A DNA stretch of 64,000 nt. Origin: Rhodothermales bacterium (GTDB lineage Bacteria; Bacteroidota; Rhodothermia; Rhodothermales; BA12). Of the stretch, positions 49,902-57,684 are shown one piece after another; positions within the stretch are counted from its first letter, which is position 1; each line of letters opens with the position of its first letter. Below the pieces are notes generated by a model, which was not told the origin of the DNA, ran no database searches, and saw only the letters and a list, made by a program, of their open reading frames with translations. Location: NCBI GenBank assembly GCA_963793245.1, contig CAWBZG010000005.1, positions 843,993 to 907,992 of the forward strand, read 5' to 3'. The position numbers and the translations under genes were made by a program.

Positions 49902-50909
49902 CTATGCCTTCGTGCTGGTTTCGAGCACCATCTGGAAGACGAGCGGGGCGACGATGGTGGCGTCGCTCTCGACCAAGAAGCGCGGCGTATCGGCGGCGAG
50001 TTTGCCCCAGGTGATCTTCTCGTTGGGCACGGCGCCCGAGTAGCTGCCGTATGAGGTTGTCGAGTCCGAGATCTGGCAGAAGTAGGCCCACAGCGGCGTC
50101 CTTCTGTCCATGTCCTGTTCGAGCATCGGGACGACGCAGATCGGGAAGTCACCCGCTATGCCGCCGCCGATCTGGAAGAATCCGATGCCGCTACCGACGC
50201 CTTCGCTTCCGGCTTCTCCGGCGTTGTCGGTGTACCAGTCGGCAAGCCACGTCATGAACTCAATGCCGTGCTTGACGAGGTGCGGGCTTTTGAGATCGCC
50301 GTTGAGGACGTGCGACGCGAAGATGTTGCCCGTCGTCGAGTCTTCCCAGCCGGGCGTGACGATGGGCAGGTCCTTCTCGGCTGCGGCGACCAGCCAACTG
50401 TCTTTGGGGTCGATCTGATAGAACTCCTCCAATCGTCCCGAGCGGATGATCGAGTACAAGACCTGGTGCGGAAACGCGCGCTCTCCAGCGGCCTCCATGC
50501 GCGTCCACTCGTCGACCAGGGCGGCTTCCAATCGGCGAAACGCTTCCTCTTCGGGGATACAGGTGTCGGTGACGCGGTTCATGCCACGGTCGAGGAGCGC
50601 TTGCTCGTCGGCAGGCGTCAGGTCGCGCCAGTTGGGAATGCGCTCGTAGTGATCGTGGGCGACGAGGTTGAACAGGTCTTCCTCCAGGTTGGCACCCGTA
50701 CACGAAATGATATGCACCATGTCGCGCCGGATCATCTCGGCCAGACTCAGCCCTAACTCAGCCGTCGACATCGCCCCGGCCAGCGCGACGAGCATCTTGC
50801 CGCCGCCGTCGACGTGATCGCGGTAGCCGTGCGCGGCATCCACCAGCGCGGCGGCGTTGAAGTGGCGAAAGTGGTGAGTGACGAAGTCGGAGATCGGGGT
50901 CGCGGACAT
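49902..50909 (-). CDS. Deoxyhypusine synthase-like protein (bacterial DHS/homospermidine-synthase-like)
   Basis: ..LAGAMSTAELGLSLAEMIRRDMVHIISCTGANLEED..GWEDSTTGN..FFQIGGGIAGDFPICVVPM..ISDSTTSYGSYSGA..EKITWGKL. Start set at MSATPISDF. Confidence 0.8.
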   Translation of the reverse strand: MSATPISDFVTHHFRHFNAAALVDAAHGYRDHVDGGGKMLVALAGAMSTAELGLSLAEMIRRDMVHIISCTGANLEEDLFNLVAHDHYERIPNWRDLTPADEQALLDRGMNRVTDTCIPEEEAFRRLEAALVDEWTRMEAAGERAFPHQVLYSIIRSGRLEEFYQIDPKDSWLVAAAEKDLPIVTPGWEDSTTGNIFASHVLNGDLKSPHLVKHGIEFMTWLADWYTDNAGEAGSEGVGSGIGFFQIGGGIAGDFPICVVPMLEQDMDRRTPLWAYFCQISDSTTSYGSYSGAVPNEKITWGKLAADTPRFLVESDATIVAPLVFQMVLETSTKA

Positions 50910-51091
50910 AGACGGGCGTGAGATTCGGTTGAGTGGAGTAATAACCGACAGTCTAGGCGCCGGGTTCATCCGAGCGCACGTGCAGGTACACGGTTCGGCA
51001 TCTTCACCCACATCCCGCATCTGCGGTCGAACTCCGCCGCGCGCGCTCACGTTTATATCGCTCCATCTACCTTCTCAAACCTACCAGCCCA

Positions 51092-53044
51092 TTGGAGATC
51101 GCACCGCCGCCCGCCGCCGTCGACGCCTGGACGTCCACCGATTCGGAAGCGCTCTACCGCGTGCCTGCCTGGGGCGAGGGATACGTCTCCATCACCGACG
51201 CAGGACACATCGCGATGAAGCCCGATCCTGACGGTCCGGCCATCAGCCTGCCTGCCGTCGTCGAGGAGTTGGTGGGGCAGGGCGTTCGGCTGCCTCTGGT
51301 CGTCCGGTTTCAGGACCTGCTCGCTACGCGCGTCAAACTGCTCAACGAGTCGTTCCGCACCGCCGTCGAGGAGAGCGGCTACGGCAACGGGTATACGGGC
51401 GTCTACCCGGTCAAGGTGAACCAACTGCGCGAAGTCGTCGACGAGATCGTCGAGGCAGGCAAACCCTATGGCTACGGACTCGAATGCGGCTCGAAAACCG
51501 AACTGATCGCGACGCTGCCCCGGCTCGAAGACGACGAGACGCTGCTGCTCGTCAACGGCTACAAGGACAGCGAGATGCTGCGCCTGATCACGACGTTCCA
51601 GAAGCTGGGCCGACAGGTGCTGCCCATCGTCGAGAAGACGACCGAACTGCGCCGAATCCGCGAGTTGGCCGATGAAGCCGGAGTCGACCCGCAGTTCGGA
51701 GTCCGAGTCAAACTGTCGACCGTCGCCGAGGGCATGTGGCAGACTTCGTCGGGCGACCTGTCGAAGTTCGGCGTCGCGCTGCCCGAGTTGGTCGACGCCG
51801 TCGACGAGTTGATCGCGGCGGGGCAGAACAAGGCGCTCAGACTGCTGCACTTCCACATCGGCAGTCAGATCGGCGACGTGCAGGCGATCAAGTCGGCCGT
51901 CCGCGAACTGACGCGGATTTACGCACACCTGACGCGTCGCGGTCTGGAGATCGAATACCTCGACTGCGGCGGCGGTCTGGGCGTCAACTACGACGCGCTC
52001 CCTTTGGGCGGCGGACGCGGCGGCGTCGACTACACGATGCAGGAATACGCCAACGCCATCGTCTACGCGGTCCAGGAAGTCTGTGAAGCCGAAAACGTGC
52101 CGCCGCCGCGCATCGTCACTGAGAACGGACGCGCAATCACGGCGCACCACTCGGTCCTGGTCGTCGACACGCTGGGCCGCACCGAGAAGCCGACCGTCGC
52201 CGACGGATTCGAGTTGCCCCAAGGCTCGCACGAAGTGGCGCAGAGTCTGTTCGAGATGATCGCGAGCGTCGAAACGGCGGCGGGGCTGGGCGAACTGCTC
52301 GAAGTCTACCACGACGCTGTCGACGTGCGCGAAAAGGCCCACGCGCTATTCGGCTACGGCTACCTGCCGCTCGATCAGAAAGCCCTCGCTGAGCGGCTGT
52401 TCTGGACGGTCTGCAACCGCCTCTACGTCCGCGTCGAAGCCGCCGGACCCGACTGGGTACCCGACGAACTCGTCCGCCTGGGCGACGCGCTGACGGACCA
52501 ACTGCTGTGCGACTTCTCGGTCTTCCAGTCGCTGATGGACCACTGGGCGCTAGGCCAACGCTTCCCCATCGTCCCCATCGACCGGCTCGATCAGCGCCCG
52601 ACGCGCCGTGCCCGATTAGTCGATCTGACGTGCGACTCGGACGGCAAGGTCGCCCGCTTCGTCAACGGCGGAAAGGAGAAGCGCGCACTCGAAGTCCACG
52701 ATATGCCCGAGGGCGAAACGTACCGTCTGGGCATTTTCCTGGTCGGCGCGTATCAGGACATCCTGGGCGATGCGCACAACCTGTTCGGCGGTGTGTCCGA
52801 AGCACACGTTTACGTCGACGATGAGGAGCCGAGCGGGTACTACATCGAAGAGATCCTCAAAGGCACGTCGGTAGAAGAGATGCTCGCTCGCGTCCAATAC
52901 TTCCCGCCCGGACTGCAACAGCGCGTTCAGAAGACGCTGCGTCAGAAGTCGAAAAGCGGTACGATCCGCCCCAAAGAGGCCCAGACGATTCTCGAACAGT
53001 ACCGCGCCTTCTTCGCCTCAACGACGTACCTCGACCCGCACTGA
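51092..53044 (+). CDS. speA: Biosynthetic arginine decarboxylase
   Basis: 650 aa. ..YRVPAWGEGY..YTGVYPVKVNQLREVV..GLECGSKTEL..LHFHIGSQI..LDCGGGLGVNYD.. Confidence 0.9.
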   Translation: MEIAPPPAAVDAWTSTDSEALYRVPAWGEGYVSITDAGHIAMKPDPDGPAISLPAVVEELVGQGVRLPLVVRFQDLLATRVKLLNESFRTAVEESGYGNGYTGVYPVKVNQLREVVDEIVEAGKPYGYGLECGSKTELIATLPRLEDDETLLLVNGYKDSEMLRLITTFQKLGRQVLPIVEKTTELRRIRELADEAGVDPQFGVRVKLSTVAEGMWQTSSGDLSKFGVALPELVDAVDELIAAGQNKALRLLHFHIGSQIGDVQAIKSAVRELTRIYAHLTRRGLEIEYLDCGGGLGVNYDALPLGGGRGGVDYTMQEYANAIVYAVQEVCEAENVPPPRIVTENGRAITAHHSVLVVDTLGRTEKPTVADGFELPQGSHEVAQSLFEMIASVETAAGLGELLEVYHDAVDVREKAHALFGYGYLPLDQKALAERLFWTVCNRLYVRVEAAGPDWVPDELVRLGDALTDQLLCDFSVFQSLMDHWALGQRFPIVPIDRLDQRPTRRARLVDLTCDSDGKVARFVNGGKEKRALEVHDMPEGETYRLGIFLVGAYQDILGDAHNLFGGVSEAHVYVDDEEPSGYYIEEILKGTSVEEMLARVQYFPPGLQQRVQKTLRQKSKSGTIRPKEAQTILEQYRAFFASTTYLDPH

Positions 53045-53076
53045 CGGCGCTGCGTCTGCCTCATGCTCTCCACCTT

Positions 53077-53245
53077 GTCATTGCGAGCGAAGCGTGGCAA
53101 TCTTCCGATTTAGCCACAAGCACGGCGATTGCCACGTCCCCGGATCAAGTCCGGGGCAGGCTGCTATGCTCGTCGCAATGACATAAAGTTAGGTCGCTCT
53201 GCCGCCCGTTTCTGCCTCATCCGCCCGACGCAGCATGCTGCGTCG
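53077..53245. repeat. Modular intergenic repeat, locus D (inverted M1 arms 53077-53102 / 53127-53182, plus palindrome 53226-53245), between speA and aguB
   Basis: GTCATTGCGAGCGAAGCGTGGCAATC ... GATTGCCACGTCCCCGGATCAAGTCCGGGGCAGGCTGCTATGCTCGTCGCAATGAC, then CGACGCAGCATGCTGCGTCG. Confidence 0.8.
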
Positions 53246-53263
53246 CTACAACACGCCTTCCCT

Positions 53264-54172
53264 ATGCCTGATACGATTCACCTAGGCCTCGTCCAGTTCT
53301 CGATGACGCCGGATGTAGACGCGAACATGGCGAAAGCCATCGACGGTATCCGCGAGGCGCACAAGCAAGGCGCAAGCGTCGTGTGTTTGCCCGAACTGTT
53401 TCGCTCGCCGTACTTCTGCCAGACCGAAGACGCCGACCACTTCGCGCTCGCCGAAGCGATTCCTGGTCCATCGACCGACGCGCTGGCGGATGTTGCGCGT
53501 GAGTTGGATGTCGTCGTTGTGGGCAGTCTGTTCGAGCGTCGCGCCAAGGGACTGTACCACAACACGGCGGCGATTCTGGACGGCGACCGGGGCTACGTCG
53601 GCAAGTATCGCAAGATGCACATCCCGGACGACCCGCTGTTCTACGAGAAGTACTACTTCGCACCGGGCGACCTGGGCTTCCAGACGTGGGAAACAAGCAA
53701 GGGCGACCTGGGCGTGCTGATCTGCTGGGACCAGTGGTATCCCGAGGCCGCGCGCTTGACCGCGCTGCAAGGCGCCGACGTGCTCTTCTACCCGACCGCC
53801 ATCGGCTGGCATCCGTCGGAGAAAGCCGAGTATGGACACGCCCAACGCGAAGCCTGGATCACGGCCCAGCGCGCCCACGCGATCTCCAACGGTGTCTACG
53901 TCGCTGCCGTCAACCGCACGGGCTTCGAGCCGACCGATTGGAACGACGAAGGCGCTCACGAAGCCGGACGCGGCATTCAGTTCTGGGGCGGATCGTTCGT
54001 CGCCGGACCGGATGGGCAGATCGTCGCGCAGATGGGCGAGCAGGAAGAAGGCGTTTTGGTCGTCGAAACCACGCCCGACCTGATCAGCGGACAACGCCAC
54101 GGCTGGCCCTTCCTCCGCGACCGCCGCATCGACGCGTATTCGGATCTCACGCAGCGCTATCTGCGCGGGTGA
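53264..54172 (+). CDS. aguB: N-carbamoylputrescine amidase (nitrilase superfamily)
   Basis: MPDTIHLGLVQFSM..VVCLPELF..YFC..YRKMHIPD..LICWDQWYPE.. (catalytic triad E-K-C context). Start set at M46, because the upstream ORF codons translate the repeat. Confidence 0.85.
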   Translation: MPDTIHLGLVQFSMTPDVDANMAKAIDGIREAHKQGASVVCLPELFRSPYFCQTEDADHFALAEAIPGPSTDALADVARELDVVVVGSLFERRAKGLYHNTAAILDGDRGYVGKYRKMHIPDDPLFYEKYYFAPGDLGFQTWETSKGDLGVLICWDQWYPEAARLTALQGADVLFYPTAIGWHPSEKAEYGHAQREAWITAQRAHAISNGVYVAAVNRTGFEPTDWNDEGAHEAGRGIQFWGGSFVAGPDGQIVAQMGEQEEGVLVVETTPDLISGQRHGWPFLRDRRIDAYSDLTQRYLRG

Positions 54173-54198
54173 CGCGGTCTTTGTGCCTCAACACAGGA

Positions 54199-54443
54199 CC
54201 GGCCTCAGGCGTATCGGCGGTCAAGACGCGGAGCGCAGGGCGCGGCCAAAATCGTCCTGTTTGAGCGCAGCGAGTTTGGACGATTTTAGCAACCGAAGCG
54301 TAGCGTCCGCCGGTGCGACGTAAGCCTTGACTTTTTGGTCCTGGCGCCTGCCCTGAGCGAAGCCGAAGGGGATCAAGTCAAAACGACGGACAAACGACTA
54401 CCAGCAACATCCAGATTGCCACGGCCTACGGCCTCGCAATGAC
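54199..54443 (+). repeat. Modular intergenic repeat, locus E (M2 54199-54385, M1 variant 54414-54443), between aguB and aguA
   Basis: ..GACGCGGAGCGCAGGGCGCGGCCAAAATCGTCCTGTTTGAGCGCAGCGAGTTTGGACGATTTTAGC..GTGCGACGTAAGCCTTGAC.., with an inserted GCCTGCCCTGAGCGAAGCCGAAGGGG hairpin, then GATTGCCACGGCCTACGGCCTCGCAATGAC. Confidence 0.8.
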
Positions 54444-54465
54444 AGCCAAGGGAAAACACACAGCT

Positions 54466-55524
54466 ATGACCACCGACACCTTCGCTACCCGAGGCTACCG
54501 CATGCCCGCCGAATGGACGCAGCACGAAGCGACCTGGCTTACGTGGCCCCACTGCACCGAAACGTGGCCCAACACCGATCTTGATGCGCAAGTCGTCCCC
54601 GTCTTACGTCGCTATGATTCGGGCGCTGATGACCGGCGAAACGGTCCACGTCACCTGCCCGGACGAGGAGCGGCTGCGCTCGGCCCAGGCGCGGTTGAAG
54701 GCCGAAGGTATTCCGTTTGGAAACGATACGCCCGTCCGCCTACACCTCGTGCGCGACGGACGATGAGTGGATCCGCGACTATGGCGCGCTCTTCGTCGCG
54801 CAACGACAAGGGCAACCGGATCGCGACCGATTGGCAGTTCAACGCGTGGGGCGGCAAGTACGACCGGACCGAGCAGAACAACCGCGTCCCCCGAGCGATG
54901 GCCGAGTTGCACGGCGTCGAGCGCGTCGCCTTCGAAATCGTCCTCGAGGGCGGATCGGTCGAGATGAACGGCGAGGGCCTATGCCTGACGACCGAAAGCT
55001 GCCTGCTCAACCCCAACCGCAATCCTGATCTATCGCGCGCCGACGTGGAGGCCTACCTGCGCGATGGCCTGGGCGTCACCCAAACGATCTGGTTGGGCGA
55101 TGGCATCGCGGGCGACGACACCGACGGCCACATCGACGACATGACGCGGTTTGTCGGTATCAACAGCGTCGTAACCGCCGTCGAATCCGATCCTGACGAC
55201 GCCAACTACGAACCGCTCAAAGACAACCTCGACCGCCTGCGCGCGTGGCGCAGTTCGACCGGGTCGGCGCTCGACGTACACACGCTTCCGATGCCGCCCG
55301 CGCTCTTCCGCGACGATCAGCGCCTGCCCGCCAGCTACGCCAACTTCCTGATCGGCAACGCTGCCGTCTTGATGCCTTCGTTCGATGCGCCCAGCGATGA
55401 CGAGGCCGCCGACATCCTATCGCGCTTGCTCCAGCGTCCCGTCGCTCGCATTCCGGCGCGGGATCTGGTGTGGGGACTGGGCGCGTGCCACTGCCTCAGC
55501 CAGCACGTGCCCGTCGGAAGCTAG
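54466..55524 (+). pseudogene. aguA: Agmatine deiminase, three frame breaks (~54585, ~54750, ~54800)
   Basis: MTTDTFATRGYRMPAEWTQHEATWLTWPH | ..PSYVAMIRALMTGETVHV..RLHLV | TDDEWIRDYGALFV | ..IATDWQFNAWGGKY..EGGSVEMNGEGLCLTTESCLLN..NPDLS..GDDTDGHIDD..ASYANF..GLGACHCLSQ. Confidence 0.85.
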
Positions 55525-56060
55525 CGAGCGCGTTTGGCGAGTTCATCGGACCCGATACCTAGCGGTCCGGCCTGGAGGTTGTGGTAGTTCTCGACGGCGT
55601 TGAGCCACGTCAACTCGACGATCTCGGTCTCCGAGAAGTGCGCCTGAACGCCCAGAAACGTCTCGTCGGCGACGCTGTGGCTGCGCGTCGCCTCCTCGCA
55701 GTAGAGCAGCGCCGCCCGCTCGCGACGGGTGAAGCGGTCGGACGTGCGGTAGTCGGCCAGCGCGTCGAAGCGTTCGGCTCCCATCTGTGACCGCAGCGCT
55801 TGGGCACGTTTCAGATCTGAGCAGAACGCGCAGCCGTTGACGCGCGACGCGTTGGCGCGGATCAGCAGTTGCAACCCTGAGTCGATGGACAGGCCGCTAG
55901 CGATGCGCTCCATCTTCTGCGCCAACAGACCCAGCTTCGGCTTGCGCGCGTAGATCACCCGAATCGGACCGATGACGGCGCCAAACATCCGCCGCGACAG
56001 CGCAAATGCAGTCCGCTCGAACAAGCTGCGCGGTGTGTCGATGGGGACGAGGCGAGGCAT
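55521..56060 (-). CDS. Carboxymuconolactone decarboxylase (AhpD-like) family protein
   Basis: ..LLIRANASRVNGCAFCSDLK.. (CxxC-type AhpD-like core). Its stop shares the tetranucleotide CTAG with the convergent aguA stop. Confidence 0.7.
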   Translation of the reverse strand: MPRLVPIDTPRSLFERTAFALSRRMFGAVIGPIRVIYARKPKLGLLAQKMERIASGLSIDSGLQLLIRANASRVNGCAFCSDLKRAQALRSQMGAERFDALADYRTSDRFTRRERAALLYCEEATRSHSVADETFLGVQAHFSETEIVELTWLNAVENYHNLQAGPLGIGSDELAKRAR

Positions 56061-56086
56061 AGGATCAGAGGGAGAGATCCGCTCTG

Positions 56087-56770
56087 TTATCGGCCCAGCA
56101 GCACCTGAAGTAAACCCGCTCCGTGAAGACTGACGCTCGGTACGACGATGATAGAGTTAGTGCGCAGATCGAGCGCCGAGTCGTCGTAGAACACACCGAC
56201 TTCCAGACTAATGCCCAGATCTGTCGTCCCTAGTCGGACGCCTCCAAATGGGCCGATGGTCGGCAGATCGCTCACGGCCTCACTCGACAGCGGAAACGTC
56301 TGCATGAACCGCATGCCGCCGTAGGGCGTCGCGATCAAGTCTTCGCGTCCCGACGCGATCAGCGTGGCTTCCAGATGCGCGTTCAGTCCGCCGTTGATGA
56401 CGCCCATTCCGCCCATCGCGGCCCATCCGAGCGGAGCGCCAGGCTGGGCCGCCTGAAACTGATGCTTGGCGTTGACCACGATGCCCGAGTAGCCGGGCGC
56501 GTAGATGCCGATGTCCGTCGATGGCCCGATTCCGAAACGCGCGCCGGTCGATGCGAGGAAATAGGCACCCGAATAGCCGTCCTGAATGTCGTCTTCGTCG
56601 TCGCGGTATTCGACTCCGACAGGTACGAGTGCGATAGAGGTCGTGGTCTGGAGTTCACCCTCAGGAGCCGTCGCCGCCGTCGTGCCGACGGTGTAGGGCA
56701 CGCAGCCGGTGAGCAGGTGCGACGCCGCAGCGAGCAGTAGCAGGAGTGGGACGAGGGAGCGCATACGCAT
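56087..56770 (-). CDS. Hypothetical lipoprotein
   Basis: MRMRSLVPLLLLLAAASHLLTGC lipobox. Gly-rich, beta-strand-like body. No family recognised. Confidence 0.5.
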   Translation of the reverse strand: MRMRSLVPLLLLLAAASHLLTGCVPYTVGTTAATAPEGELQTTTSIALVPVGVEYRDDEDDIQDGYSGAYFLASTGARFGIGPSTDIGIYAPGYSGIVVNAKHQFQAAQPGAPLGWAAMGGMGVINGGLNAHLEATLIASGREDLIATPYGGMRFMQTFPLSSEAVSDLPTIGPFGGVRLGTTDLGISLEVGVFYDDSALDLRTNSIIVVPSVSLHGAGLLQVLLGR

Positions 56771-56852
56771 GGTGGAAAAACGCCGCACTATCGCGCATCC
56801 GGTCGATTAGATCCGCGTGCGCCGTGAAGACTGCCGATCGGCGACCTCGTCG

Positions 56853-57632
56853 TCAACTTGGCCCACAGTCATCAAGCAGCCGACGCTGAGATTCGGCCTC
56901 GATTTTCGGGACAGTCCCAGCGATGGTGCGGGCCAAGCGATCGGCGAGGGCTTCGAGTTCGCGGTCTTTTTTTGCGCGCCAGTTCACGTCCAAGTTGCGG
57001 ATCAGCGGGCCGAAAACGAGCATGCCGACGGCGAACACGCCCAGACCAATAAACGCGGCCTTGACCATGATCAACGCCACGACAGCGGCGAGTGCAGCGG
57101 GAATCAGCGCGTATGTCATTCCCTCAGCAGTCGGCGACCCCCATCCTACTTTCTGGCTCATCCGCACTTGGACGCCGTCCCCTCGCGGGCGCATCTGGAC
57201 CGTTGTAACGACGCCCATGCTGGTCGTGTGGCGCCACTCGAATGTCTTGCCGATCTGCTCGGTGTCGTGGACGCCGTAGCCCAGCGCGCGCATGATCGGA
57301 TCGCTCGTCATGCCGAAGCGGTGTCGCAGTTCGACGATAACTTCTTCAATGGCGGCGGCGAGCGAGTCGTCGTCGAGGTCGGGAAACGAAACGAAGCGCT
57401 CGGCGAAAATCTGTGTATCCGACTGCTCGTCCGTCGCCTCTCGGCTCACACCGCCCATTTCGCGCGCGGCCTGCCTGAGTGCCGCCGGATCGATGCCCGA
57501 ACTGGCGGCAACGGCTTCGAGTTCGTCGAGCGTCAGGCCGTCCTCGTCGCCGGTCGGTCCGTGCGATTGGAGTTCGGCGGCGCGCTCCATCAGCGCAGCG
57601 ATTTCTTCGCGAGAGTAGGTGCGTCCGTTCAT
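56853..57632 (-). CDS. Hypothetical membrane-anchored protein
   Basis: Soluble N-terminal ~190 aa, then two TM segments (YALIPAALAAVVALIMVKAAFIGLGVFAVGMLVFGPLI). No family recognised. Confidence 0.45.
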   Translation of the reverse strand: MNGRTYSREEIAALMERAAELQSHGPTGDEDGLTLDELEAVAASSGIDPAALRQAAREMGGVSREATDEQSDTQIFAERFVSFPDLDDDSLAAAIEEVIVELRHRFGMTSDPIMRALGYGVHDTEQIGKTFEWRHTTSMGVVTTVQMRPRGDGVQVRMSQKVGWGSPTAEGMTYALIPAALAAVVALIMVKAAFIGLGVFAVGMLVFGPLIRNLDVNWRAKKDRELEALADRLARTIAGTVPKIEAESQRRLLDDCGPS

Positions 57633-57684
57633 AGTAGGCCAAACGTACGACGACAAGTTGAGTTACGCACGCGGTGCCAGCGCG

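Noticed and set aside
55521-55524. Convergent aguA and CMD-family genes sharing CTAG as overlapping stop codons
   Set aside because: The observation is real but trivial. It is a coincidental 3' overlap with no evident regulatory implication.
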